A stretch of 63,889 nt of DNA, filler included, from Sphacelaria rigidula (Eukaryota): the NCBI GenBank assembly GCA_964200075.2. It is 9 parts of 9 records of this genome, joined end to end, with 100 filler letters (N's around TTAATTAATTAA, not from the genome) between each part and the next. Parts side by side here need not be neighbours in the genome. Positions count along the whole stretch, not along the records: positions 1 to 7,011 come from CAXNAA020016966.1; positions 7,112 to 14,122 come from CAXNAA020016967.1; 7 more parts are not named here. One strand, written 5' to 3'. The notes beneath the pieces are model-generated. The model saw nothing but the letters and a program-made list of their open reading frames with translations. It did no database searches and was not told the DNA's origin. Positions within the stretch are counted from its first letter, which is position 1. Every line of letters begins with the position of its first letter. The position numbers were made by a program, and so were the translations under genes. Shown in pieces: positions 1-11,601 of this stretch.

Positions 1-1
1 G

Positions 2-78
<77 letters not shown>

Positions 79-85
79 GCTGTTA
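1..85. repeat. (GTT)n microsatellite
   Basis: Near-pure GTT run at the contig start; it explains the poly-Leu ORF. Confidence 0.98.
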
Positions 86-230
86 CTACTAGTATTATTT
101 TTCATTTTTTATCCCGCGATTTGCCCGATCTCTCGAACCCGTGGTCACATTCACACATTAGTGTTTGTGTGTGTTTCCCTCTCAGAGAGAATGTTGCGGT
201 CGTGGTGAAATTACTCGTGTGTACGAGTAG

Positions 231-540
231 CGCTGTCGTGGAGACAATAATGGTCCGACTGTCGCCATCTGGGTGGAGAGAACGAGAGTTCGATTCCCGT
301 TACGTTGGGTTTTTTCTTCGTAAAATCTGATTCCCACCGTGGAAAGCGTGAGAACGTGAGTAAACGAAGTAGTCGACTGAGTCTGTTTGGCGTGAGTTGA
401 CGTGGTGCGAGAGTGCTGACCCAATCAGCAAGACCAAAAGGCAAGGCGTGTACCGGGGGAGAGGTAAGTTGAACCCTTGAGACCACGGACTCATCTCGAG
501 GAAGGACAGGAGTTCAAAGTGCGGCAAAAAAGAAAAGAAA
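231..540 (+). mobile_element. tRNA-derived SINE, family A
   Basis: Homologous to 38460-38758 (-). Head has A-box-like TGG..AATGG and B-box GTTCGATTCC (~288-297); A-rich 3' end. Confidence 0.7.
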
Positions 541-1842
541 AAGAGATGAGACAAGAGGCGCAGAATATGTTGATATTTCGAATGCTGTTCTCGGAACGTT
601 TTTTAGTCGAAAACCCAGGCGGTGTGAGTTTTGCCCTGGCACCGCAAACCTCACGAGGGCGCCCGTGTTGGCGTTTCATTTACTCGTGGCCCCTTCCTTT
701 CACGCACCGTGTACAAGCACCAACGCTCGACCAATAAACCATTGGCGCAAGGCCTACAATACGTGTGCCCGCGCTGCGCAATAGCAGCAATACAAACGCT
801 TCACCTGCCGTTTTGTTGGGAGATGAAGGGGAAAATAAAGAGTGATTCAATGTTGTGTGTGTGTTGTGTGTGGACTTTTGTTTCCAAACTAGCTAAGAAG
901 TAGTACCCTGCTGTAAGCATGTGTTTTAGCCCTACGTTGATCTTGCTTGTTGACTTTTGAAGGTGTAGTACGCTGCTATAAGGATGTGTATCAGCTCTGC
1001 ATTCATCTTTGTTGATGACGTGATGAACAGGGGACGCTGCACGAGATTCCCCTGTAATACTACTCGAGAAAGACACGCCTCTTATTGTGTGTTGCTCGTG
1101 CGGGTGCGTATGTTCGTTCGTGGTGTGTGTTCCCCGCGTTCCGATTCCAGGTGGCGTTGCTGAAGCTCAAGCTTCGGGAAGCTGGAAACTCTGGAACGTG
1201 ATCCAGACACGAGAGATACGATGCGCACCCCTATCTTTACAGCCATCTATCATTTCGTGACTACCATATGCTTTTCGAATCCCGTTTTCAGCCCACCTAT
1301 GGTTTACTTCGAGTGAGGCGTTGCGATATACGGCAATCGATCGTCACGCAGTGAAGCGAGACAGCAGCACGGAAGAAGACTCTACATGCATCCATCCATG
1401 GGTAGTAAAGCACGACCGTATGGCAGGTGTTGCTGCGACCCTTCCTCTTTGTGTACACCGTCTGCAGCGTCGCCCCCTTTCAGTTCTTGTTCCCTTTCTT
1501 TTGTTTTTGTAGTGATGGTTTTCGGTAAGTGAAATGAAATGCGCAGACCCGCTCCCAGCCTCGGTCGGTTGCAGTGAGTTTGAAGCTCTTCTAGTCACGC
1601 CAGACTTTTTGCGATGCAAAATGGAGATTGAGAGGGTAATCTCTTCCACGGGGATAATATATATTTTTTATACTGCCAGCTCCTGGGCTGAATGGACCCT
1701 CGCCCACAGAACGTTGGCGCACGTCGGACAGCTCATGAGCTACCTGAAGATCCCTTCTTATTAGTGTGCTGATTCAGATCATGAGCTAGCTTATTTCGCC
1801 CCTTTTTCCACATTTACTGCCTACAGCGCTGGACGCCTATTT

Positions 1843-1984
1843 AGCACGCGGAGTCGCGCACAGGTAGCGCTTCGGCTTCTCTGACCCCGCGATCACGTAT
1901 CTTGTGTTCTTGGACGACGGGTCTGAGAAGTCCTTTTCGATTATAATAGCTACTTTCGGTAGCTCACGAGCTGTCCGGCGTGTG
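1843..1984. repeat. Dispersed repeat family E
   Basis: Matches ~10188-10325. A ~30-bp inverted copy of its end lies at 1716-1745. Confidence 0.7.
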
Positions 1985-3059
1985 AAAATGTTGCCGAGGT
2001 AAGTAAGCAAGGAGAAAGACTTGCGCGATGACTATTGTAGCTGCTACTACCGCTTAGGATGTTGGTGTAGAGTACAGTGTCCCATGAGGGGGTCAGTGTA
2101 TCTCCTGTCCACGGTAGGATACTGTGTGAGAGAGAAAAGGTGCCCGCAGTTTTCTGATTGGCCAATTTTTCTTGAAGGGAAAATTCTGAATCGGGGGAAA
2201 ACCCGTGGTGGACAGATGACGTCACCCACGGCGCTGACGTCAAAACCGAAAAGCTGTGTGTGTGTGTTTTTTTATTCCCGTGGATGATGATAGATTGATA
2301 ACGCGAACGACCGAAGAGAGATGAAAGGTGCCCGTAGTAATCTGATCGGTCGATTTTTATTTTAGGAAATTTTGACACTACTTCTGATATCGTCCGGTCT
2401 TACCGTGCGGTTATGTTGGCAATAGCTCGTATTGGAAAGTTGGGAAGGTACGGCGATCAGGCAAGTCGCGGTACGGTATGAGTTTTGCGTGCCAAAAAAA
2501 AAACGCCTACTTCATTCAACCTCAAAGCAGCATAAAGGGGAGGGATTTGGCGCGTGCATCTCCTGGTGTGCATTTTCCTGTTTCACTTTGTTTTCATCTT
2601 TGCTCCTCTGGCACGAGTTTTTTTTTTCGTGCCTTGTCGAGCCATTTATTTGTTATTGCCGTCTTCCTCGCCGATTTCTCGTGACGTCGGCGACTGCCCT
2701 CCGGGGAATTTTCTCGACGGTGCTCACGAAATACTTCGTGTTTTTTTTTTCTTTCTCGTGTCTCCACACAACTCCCGCTCGCTGCTTCTGTAGCACCTGT
2801 GAAGTCCATGCTTCAAAAGTGATTATTTTCCAGAAATGATAAGCGGTCCTGTGTGTATAGTACTTACGTATGTATGTGTGTATGTGTATGTATGTATGGT
2901 ATGTACGGCCACGATGTGCATCGTGACGATCTGCTCAATTGTCACAGCACCAATCGACGCCGATTTTGTTTTCCTCATGGAATCACATTTGTGACCCCTC
3001 CCCTTCCTCGGGAAGAGTCCGTGGTCTTGAGGCATCAATCGACTGACGCCGCGATAGCT

Positions 3060-3218
3060 TCCCCCCCGCCTTCCCCAGAGAAGTGACTGGTTTAAGGCGG
3101 CAAATTTTACATGGGAATCAAAATGACAAAATCCACCGAGCAGCCAGAAATTCCCATGCTTGGGATCGTTTTCGCCACTGCCACCAATTCGAGGCGCTTC
3201 ATGAAGCCCGAACTCAGC
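3060..3218. repeat. Dispersed repeat family D
   Basis: Aligns with ~10950-11110 (AAGTG.CTGGTTT...GAGGCGCTTCATG). Confidence 0.65.
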
Positions 3219-3219
3219 C

Positions 3220-3320
3220 GTGTGTTGTGTGTTGTCATTCCATCTTTTCTGGATCCCGGTCTACACATTTCGGTGTATATGGGCGCACCAGCCGGGGTCA
3301 CATTGGAGGAAGGTTCCAAT
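3220..3320 (-). mobile_element. SINE family B, 3' fragment
   Basis: Matches the 3' end of 8107-8453 and 58508-58862, including the CA-rich tail. Confidence 0.7.
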
Positions 3321-3696
3321 TTTCAAATTGGTTGTTGTCTCAGGCTATTCCAGATTCGGCATGAGATTTCTGTGACAGAAAACGCTCTGTTTTTTTTCGT
3401 AATACTTGAAAAAAAACTAACAGAACTTTGCGAAAAACTGCTTAGAACATGACCCCATTATATGGAGTGCATCGTACTACACTGAACACAAGACAATTCT
3501 GCAGTGGTGTATGCAGTACAGAGTACTACACTGAACACAAGACAACACAGCAGTTCTGCAGTGTTTTTTAGTTTTAGAACCTGAAGACGGACTGTATACA
3601 GTATGCATCAGCTTCTCTTGTTGCAAAATTAATAATAGTGTCCAGCTGCTGCTGCTGTACTGCTACGATATCACAGCAATATTTTTTTCAGAAAAC

Positions 3697-5775
3697 AACA
3701 GTGGATCCTAGAAAATGGGGTTCATAAAAAAGTGAGGATGAAGTGACATTTCTCTTTTGCAGGGAAGACGAGAAACACTTGCGACCGAGCGAAGCCATCT
3801 TCCCCCCCAAAATGTCCGCAGCAGTCAAGCAGCTGTGGCTAGGTGCACCTAACGAATGCGATGTACACGCGTGTCGAGGACGATATCACCAGAGAGGAAG
3901 CTCCTCGCCCGTGTCCTTTGTGTGTCCTCGCTCGGTGATTACCAATCGCTTTAGAAACTGGCATCATCGATGTTATTCTACCAGCGTGTTCCAATTTTTG
4001 CATTTGCCAGAACATCGAGATGCGGAGAGATTCCGTCGTCTCTTCTTGCCTGCCGCCAACGCGAAGATCGATTTCTCTCTGCCTCTCCTTTTGGACAGGA
4101 CGTGCCTTTGTGCGCTGAAAAACATGTCGTTGAAAAATAGGTCAATGTTCCCGTCACCACTACTACTGTTCTCTGCATCCACACAATTCAAAAGGAAAGG
4201 TGGCCGGCGTAGCAACATGTACGAAATTTCGGAATCTCTGTAAAAACAAAATAGTTCGGTATTTTCAAGTACATGAACATTACTAAAAAGACTCTACTGG
4301 TCTGAGGAACTGTGGCTTTCCTGTCCTCCCGCCAGGTATACAAGAAGGACGACAGAGATTTTGCAATCGCATGTAGCACTCGCGGGGAAACATATAATAG
4401 GGTTTCCTCTACGAAATTCCGCGTTTTCCAACCTGCAAACCGTTTGATGCCCGTTGCTTCCTGATAAGAACGTTAAACCGTCAATTTCTGTTCCGTTTTG
4501 TACTGATGGCGGTATCGCCATGCCAGGAAAGGTTGGTATTGCTGTTTTACAGTATCTTCGCACGTGTGGACGGACCCAAAGCGGCCACTTTTCCTCAGAC
4601 CAGTAGAGTCCTTTTAATCATGTTCATGTGCTTGAAAAAAACGAACTGTTTTGCTTTTACAGAGGTTCCAAAATTTGGTACATGTTGCTACGCCGGGCGA
4701 CCTCTATGCAAACGCCAGCCAGTCTAGTAGAGCGACGAAAGCTAGCTATGATCGGGTTTGCCTGCCGTACTGCCGCCAGCGTTGCTTGAAAGCCACAAGA
4801 CCTTCGCGGTTGGCGGTTGATGGCGTGAGTATCAAATGCAACGACCGGTGGTTGATCACAGAGCACCCTTGTTCTTCGTGGGTTCATATCTCGCCCTCGG
4901 TGGTAATGCGTGACCTCATCACATCGGAGTATTTCTTGAAAGCTACTGTACCGAGGTGTTCACGCAGCCAGCGCGCATGCTCCAGATCGCAGCATGGACG
5001 CACCCCTCTGCACCACGCTCGCAACGGGTGGATCACTACCATAGGTATCTTTTTTCACTCCGCATGTCAAGAAGGTCTCCACAAGTGTTTGATGTCTCAT
5101 ACACACACAACCCCCCCCCCCCCCCCAACTGGCGTCTCGCACGCTGTTGTCGTTGGGCACCCAGAGGGTCGCTCACATACACGTCGGGTAAAATCAACGA
5201 TGAATAACACCCCCCAAGTCCAAGTTGGATATATCGATTGTTTTCACCACACCACCGCCCTTGCTGGCATGTGTGTGACAGAGAACAGTAGTGGCGGTGA
5301 CGGGAACATTACCCTATTTTTCAACGACATGTTTTTCAGCGCACAGAGGCGCGTCCTGTCCAAAAAGAGAGGCAGAGAGAAACCCATATTCGCATTGGCC
5401 ACAGGCAAGAAGAGACGACGGAATCTCTCTGCATCTCGATGTTCTGGCACATGGAAAATTTGGCACACGCTGGTAAAATAACATCGATGATGCCAGTTTC
5501 TCGAGCGATTGGTAATCACCGAGCGAGGACACACAAAAGAAACGGGCGAGGAGCTTCCTCTCTGTCGTTGCTTCTCTCTCTGGTGATATCATCCTCGACA
5601 CGCATCTACATCGCATTCATTAGGTACACCTAGCCACAGCTGCTTGACTGCTGTGGACATTTGGGGGGGAAGATGGCTTCGCTCGGTCGCAAGTGTTTTG
5701 CGTCTTCCCTGCAAAAGAGAAATGCCACTTCAACCTCATTTTTGAGATGTACCCCATTTTTCAGGATCTGCTGTT
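3697..5775. mobile_element. Long-TIR foldback element (non-autonomous)
   Basis: 3697-4175 is the inverted copy of 5280-5775, and 4200-4320 is the inverted copy of 4580-4700. About 580 bp of extra sequence (4700-5280) interrupts the right arm. No transposase motif seen. Confidence 0.8.
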
Positions 5776-6764
5776 AATACACACACTTACTTTGCTGTAG
5801 GCTTAGAAGAGGGAAGCTAGGAGAGAGAGAGGAATGCAGAGACAGCAACACACAGTAGGACACAGCAACAACAGCAGGCCCCAGACGCCTTGCCTTGGGT
5901 TGCCGACGTCAAATATGTACCAGAGGGAAGGCATCCTCAATACACATTGCACGAACTCTTGGTTGTATACTGAGAAGAGGCGAGGCAGAAAAGACAAGAG
6001 AAAGACCAACACAGACAGCGATGGCAATAATAGATGCGGATTCCTTGCGGATTTTGACTACAGCCAGGCTCACCTTCTTGCCGATTTTCTGGTCGGTCCA
6101 TCCTTGGTATCTGAGCTATCCGTTCTCCGGGCAAAGCTTCACGACCGGACGACCCGATTTGACTTCGCTCGTAGTAGGGTTGGTAGTAAAGAGTGAACGT
6201 CTCTACCGCCCTCGTACTCTTCGATGAGGGGAACCCGCACGCTCGCCGTTTATCGACACGTAAACCGAGGTTGGTTCAGGTCAATCGCGTGCCGAATGGC
6301 CGATACCTCGATTACGTACTTTAACACCCCCTCCACCTCAGCCACGGACGGCGTCGGCGCACACAAGCGATGACAACGAAGAAAGCAGCATTGAAGCTGA
6401 ACCTTCTTGAGGATGCTTAAAGTGATTTGGACAGCCGGTTGCTGCGTGTGATGCATCCAACCTTCAAAAGTGCCTCGATTAAATTTGCGACAGTCAAGTC
6501 TGAGAAGTTCAATCAAGACTCGCTCTGTTCAAAAGGGGTCGGAATGGGGGTGTACTCGAGTGCACCCAGAGTCAGAATCAAAACACAACCTCATGAGCAC
6601 CGATGAAGCTGAAACTTGTTGAGGGCGTCTCGATTGATGTTAGAAGAGCGATGTGATGTTTTTTTTGCGCAGCGCGGCTGCGACTCAATTCGGGAAAAAA
6701 ATCGGGAAAACCATCGGGAAAAAAAGTGCGTGGTTCGAAGCTTCGGTATGAGGCCCGGACGGAT

Positions 6765-6815
6765 AGGACAGGACAGGACAGGACAGGACAGGACAGGACA
6801 GGACAGGACAGGACA
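6765..6815. repeat. (GGACA)n pentanucleotide repeat
   Basis: About 10 perfect units. Confidence 0.97.
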
Positions 6816-6864
6816 ACTTTTGAAGTTCGGTTCAGTAGAAGCCTCTTCAGCCGTAAGGGTCTCG

Positions 6865-6945
6865 AAGAAATCAAACGATTTCATGTCATCTTCGTTCACG
6901 CCCCGTGTATCGCCCTCTAGCACGTTCCGTTCCTCCTTGTACATA
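6865..6945 (-). mobile_element. LINE ORF2 C-terminal fragment, same family as 33359-34550
   Basis: Translates YKEERNVLEGDTRGVNEDDMKSFD, versus DEERDVLEGEMQDLNEGGMKSFD in the LINE at ~33600-33670. Confidence 0.7.
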
Positions 6946-6949
6946 TTAC

Positions 6950-7011
6950 GGGGGGGTACTCATGTACTCATGATCATGCATGCCATAGTCATCAGACCAT
7001 TGACCTCGCAT
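6950..7011 (-). mobile_element. SINE family C, 3' tail (contig end)
   Basis: ...GGTCAATGGTCTGATGACTATGGCATGCATGATCATGAGTAC, then a short stutter and a C-run, on the minus strand. Confidence 0.85.
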
Positions 7012-7111
7012 NNNNNNNNNNNNNNNNNNNNNNNNNNNNNNNNNNNNNNNNNNNNTTAATTAATTAANNNNNNNNNNNNNNNNNNNNNNNNNNNNNNNNN
7101 NNNNNNNNNNN
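7012..7111. other. Artificial 100-bp contig spacer (N + TTAATTAATTAA + N). Same spacer at 14123-14222, 21233-21332, 28343-28442, 35453-35552, 42563-42662, 49672-49771, 56781-56880
   Basis: Identical spacer with stops in all frames. Contig lengths are 7011, 7011, 7010, 7010, 7010, 7010, 7009, 7009, 7009. Confidence 0.98.
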
Positions 7112-7163
<52 letters not shown>

Positions 7164-7181
7164 TAATAATAATAATAATAA
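7112..7181. repeat. (AAT)n microsatellite
   Basis: Direct observation. Confidence 0.97.
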
Positions 7182-7749
7182 CGCCTTCTTTTTGCCTGCG
7201 GCGTGTGGGAGAAAATAATGGACTTACTCAAGTCGACGATACACGGCTACAGCAGATCCACACTGCATTTTGCATTGTACACGCATGGCAGCAGCAGCAC
7301 ACAATAGACCGCACGCCACACAGCACGGCAGTGAAACAGTACGCTTAGGGTTACACGCAACTCTACACCATGAGTGGCGCGGTCAGTCGTGGTTCAGGTG
7401 CTGCACCCGCCACCGGCAATTTTGCATTGGAGGGTTCTCCCTAACTTGACAACATTCAAGGTGGAAGTACAACCGATTCTGCCTTGTCGATGACACTGTT
7501 TATTTTGAATGTCAAGGGGTGAAAGGTGTCTTCAAACAGGGCACCGGTTCCGTGTCGAGTGCCTCGAGTACCTGCCAGCAGCCGGAGCGAGTGTTGCACG
7601 GCATGAGATATTTGTTGCTACTCTGGCTACAGGCTGTCGCTACCGTGCGCTCGAGAGTGCATATATGTGTGTGAGCGTGGCCGGCATCCGAGGTCATCGT
7701 GACAGAGCGAGCAAGGAGCAGAAGTGAATATACAAACGTCGCAAAGCCG

Positions 7750-8000
7750 ATCACACCTTTCGTTTTTTGTCCGTGTTCCTTGATCACTTTCTGAACCCAC
7801 GTGCAGATCTGGGGTTCGATCTGTACAAAAATGTTCGCGATAGGATTCAAAGCTGGTGGTTTTGGGGACAATCTCCTTTCAAAAGGCGATGTTGAAAAAG
7901 AGAAAAAAAAAACGTTCGATAAGAAAGGCCCACTACGTGGTATTCAAATGATGAGGCACCCATGAGGCAGTGTATACGCCGTGGTTGCATGTGTGCGTGT
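7750..8000 (-). pseudogene. Possible decayed Tc1/mariner transposase fragment
   Basis: LLKGDCPQN / PALNPIANIF resembles the DWPxxSPDLNPIEN motif; frameshifted and the Glu is lost. Confidence 0.35.
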
Positions 8001-8106
8001 ATTCTAGCGCCCTGTCTACCTGCTTCTGTAATCCTTATGCTGTTCCTGAAATCCCCAATCAATCATCCGCGAACATCAATCCTTTCGTAGGGGGGGGGGG
8101 TTATCA

Positions 8107-8453
8107 AACACTGTTGTCGTCCCATCTCTTCTGGATGCCGGTCTACACCTTTAGGTATATGTGGGCGCATCAGCCGGGATCACACAGGAGGAAGGTCAAC
8201 ACAGGAGGTTATTTTTTTTTGCTTGTTTGAGTTTTCCACCTTCCTTCTGCGGTGCTTGCCTTCTATATATCGCGAGGGGGGTGTAGCAGTCCCTTTCCCT
8301 CGTCGACCATTAAGTTGACTTTTTTCTACCCACGACATGGTCGCTCTCCACTGTTAGGCATTGTGCGAGGAAAAATCCCGGACTGCTCCAAGATTCGAAC
8401 CCACGACCCAACCGTCAGAAGGCTTGGAGGTTACCGACTGAGCCACGGGGGCG
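8107..8453 (-). mobile_element. tRNA-derived SINE family B, full length
   Basis: Minus-strand head GCCCCCGTGGCTCAGTCGGTAA...GGGTCGTGGGTTCGAATC (A and B boxes, tRNA-Lys-like). Body shared with 14362, 35929/37244 and 58508. Confidence 0.85.
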
Positions 8454-8469
8454 AAGCTGTATCCATGAA

Positions 8470-8912
8470 TAACCCTTGGACCGTGATGCGGGTAGTCCAT
8501 CTGGATCACGCATACTTTTTTCAAGTGAAATTGATGCCGATTGCACGGGTGATCTACCCTCGCGGTGAAAGGGTTGATCTCTTGACCGCGAGGGTAGATC
8601 ACCTGCTGAATCGGCATCAATTTTCACTTGAAAAAAGTACGCATGATCCAGATGGACTACCCGCACCGCGGTTTAAGGGTCAACCTTGGAACGCGAGGAG
8701 GGTAGGTCACCTGCTGAATCGGCATCAATTTTCACTTGAAAAGCTTTGATCTAGGTAGACGACCCGCACCGCGGCCTAAGGATTAACCCTTTGTCGGAGG
8801 GTTAACCATTTGACCGCGATGAGGGTAGGCCACCTGCTGAATCGGCTTGATTTCACATAAACAAAGTATATGTGGTCCAGATGGACTACCCTCACCGCGG
8901 TCTAAGGGTTAA
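8470..8912. mobile_element. Array of ~100-bp piggyBac-like (TTAA) MITEs
   Basis: Four units with CCCTT..ACCGCG / CGCGGT..AAGGG ends separated by TTAA or variants (TTGA, TCAA); orientations +,-,-,-. Confidence 0.8.
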
Positions 8913-9507
8913 CAGAACCTGCTGTCAGAGTAGAACCATTTTCACAGGACACTGGCGCGTAGACCCGCTCGTCCAACAAACTACATTTTGAATCCACCCA
9001 CAGACAACAGAGTCGGCATGGAATATATCACTCGGGGAGCGACGATTGCCTGCGGCTAACGTGACACAACGCATGAAAGTATACGTGGTATCAAGTCAAA
9101 ATCAAACCTTAGTGTTTAGTCAACATCATCCATGCCGAAAAGGAAATTGCATCGTCCGGGAGCGTGTCGCGAGGGAGTAGGGAGCGAGGCAGTACGGTGA
9201 GCAGAGCAATGCTACGGTAAGAGTGCACTTTTTGCGCAAAATCTTGTCTGGTTCAGGGACTCCTCACGATTTTGGATGCATAAGAATATGGGTCAGGGCA
9301 TCTCCGTTTGCAACTTTATTCAGCATATTTCTATTTTAGCACATTGGAAGAGTAATCCTGGCGTACTCTCACATATTTCATAACGTCGTGTTCCGCATGA
9401 GATGAAGGGCTCCTAACAGAATATATTTGTGCACCCCTCCCGTAGCATCACTCAGCAAACACGCAGAGACGAATCACCACGAGCTGGATTGACAGCCTGT
9501 GTGTAAT

Positions 9508-9760
9508 TAGACCGCGATGCGGGTAGTCCATCTCGACCACGCACACTCGTTTCAAGTGAAATTGGTGCTGATCAGCAGGTGACCTACCCTCGCAGTCAAA
9601 GGGTTAACCCTTACACCGACCGCGACACCGCTAACCCTTACACCGCGATCACCGCTAACCCTTACACCGCGATGCGTGTAGTCCATCTGGATCACACACT
9701 TTTTTCAAGTGAAATTGACGCCGATTCAGTAGGTAACCTACCCTCGCGGTCAAAGGGTTT
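9508..9760. mobile_element. Two tandem piggyBac-like MITEs, same family
   Basis: AAAGGG|TTAA|CCCTT junction at ~9601-9610; the left TIR (TAACCCTTACACCG) is stuttered three times. Confidence 0.8.
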
Positions 9761-10106
9761 AGCTTTTTCCCGTCATGATCAAACGTTTCCTTGAACGGCT
9801 GGAATTACGTTGGCACCTGGACACAAGGGCGTGTTGTATACAACGAATGAGTTTTCCCGATGCAGTCACGGCCGTTTTTCTGGATGCAGTGACGTTGAAC
9901 GGATGAAGGAGTTTTTCCGATGCGGTCACGTCCGTTTTTTCCGTCATTTCTGGCCATATTTCGGCGTGATTATGGTGGGAAGTGTAAACTACTGTTCCGA
10001 GAAGGATCACACGCTTACTTGATTCCAGTATCGAGCGGCGGATCATTTAGGCTAATAATATATCAAAAAATATAAAAATAAATGTATATATAATATATAG
10101 GATAGG

Positions 10107-10115
10107 ATAATAATG

Positions 10116-10146
<31 letters not shown>

Positions 10147-10330
10147 TAATAATAATAATAACAATAATAATAATAACGGTGGACTCCGAGCACGCGGAGT
10201 TGCGCAAAGGTAGGGCCTTGGCTTCTCAGACCTTGCTGCCACGTTTGTTGTGCTTCTGGACAGCAGGTCTGAGAGTCATCTTCGATTAGTTATTTAAGGC
10301 AGTTCATGACCTGTCCGACATGTGCAACCT
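10107..10330 (-). mobile_element. Family E copy with (ATT)n tail; possible non-LTR retroposon 3' end
   Basis: (AAT)n at 10107-10176 abuts sequence homologous to 1843-1984. Confidence 0.5.
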
Positions 10331-10949
10331 AGGGTTGGTGACGAGATGAGAGACACACGATGGCACTCACCGGGTCGCAGCCCCTTTTTGCTGGTTTGAA
10401 AGTACACAGGTCACAGCACGCTCTGCGGGCATGAAAAAAACTCATGTTTTCCCTCGCCAACACCTTCTATTTCACCTGTGTACACCAACCACTGTGCATG
10501 CAGAGCAATAATCACCATGCAGTACAATCGTTTGTACTTTCTCTGTGCCATCAGTATACGGGGAGCAAATCGATTTTCCCCAACGGAAGTTCTCACGGTG
10601 CACTCGTTGTGTTTTGTTGAAGAGATGGAAATGATGGACATGCCCATTTGGAAAAGTATACTCCGGCGTATATTTGAAAAATTCTTGCTTGGCGGGAATT
10701 TTTAGGATTGCCTATATTTCGGAAATATTTCTGAGATTTGTTTTCATAATTGTCCGCTTTTTTGGAGTGAATTTCGACTTATACTTTCCCGCTACCTACC
10801 ACAACCACGATAGACTCTCCGGAGCGCACCTCCCCACGTCGTAAACGGGGCGCCGAAGTATCACTGGGCCGCCGATATGTCATGGCGGTGGAGAGAGCGC
10901 TGACCGTTTCTCCAGGCAAGTCGAGGATGTTTCGGAACACTTCCCACGA

Positions 10950-11110
10950 TAGCCCCCCCCCCTCAAAAGTGCCTGGTTTGGGGGGCAAAAATTTCACGTG
11001 AATCGAAATGGAAAGAGTCAAGCACAACGAGCAGCTGGGAATTCTCACGCTTGGGTTCGTTCTCGCCAATGTCGCCCATGTGAGGCGCTTCATGCAGCCT
11101 GCACCCAAAC
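10950..11110. repeat. Dispersed repeat family D
   Basis: Aligns with 3060-3218. Confidence 0.65.
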
Positions 11111-11347
11111 TTCAGGCGCTGTGTGCCATTTTTTTCGAGGCACTTTTGGGCTGGTTTTGGGTGGGGAGGCTATCGTAGGATGTGTCCTCTGGGCATTCTG
11201 GGTCCACTCACCGAGCCCTGCGGTGTTGGTCCCGAGTAACCGACACAAGTATGGACATGAGAGGAAATTCGTTCAAACCTCCTGTCCGTCGTCGCGGTAT
11301 GGGTGGGTATGAGAAGTGTTATTTTTTCTCTTTTTGTTTTGGAAGGT

Positions 11348-11418
11348 ATATGCCATAGATATGTCAAATATATGTCATAGATATGTCATAGATATGTCAT
11401 AGACATGTCATAGGCATG
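11348..11418. repeat. ~11-bp minisatellite (ATATGTCATAG)n
   Basis: About 6 degenerate units. Confidence 0.85.
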
Positions 11419-11601
11419 TGCAAAGAAGGATGGCGAATAAGCACTCTCGAGCTCGACTCCACCGAAACTTTAGCTGAGTTGATTGTACAGCAGTAGAGGA
11501 CGGGACTGTGGAAGTACGAGGGCGGGTTCTTGTCCTCAAAACAATCGACACGCATGCGGCAACATGTCGCCCTCCACCCCCTCCAGGATTTTCTCCTTTA
11601 A

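Noticed and set aside
2-208. Poly-Leu ORF (also poly-Cys/Val ORFs near 26800 and GQDRT/CPVLS ORFs near 6770)
   Set aside because: Translations of microsatellites.
7056-7067. Periodic TTAATTAATTAA motif every ~7.1 kb
   Set aside because: Artificial spacer embedded in N runs, not biological.
8470-8912. CRISPR-like repeat array
   Set aside because: Units are TIR elements in mixed orientation with no unique spacers and no cas genes, in a eukaryotic context.
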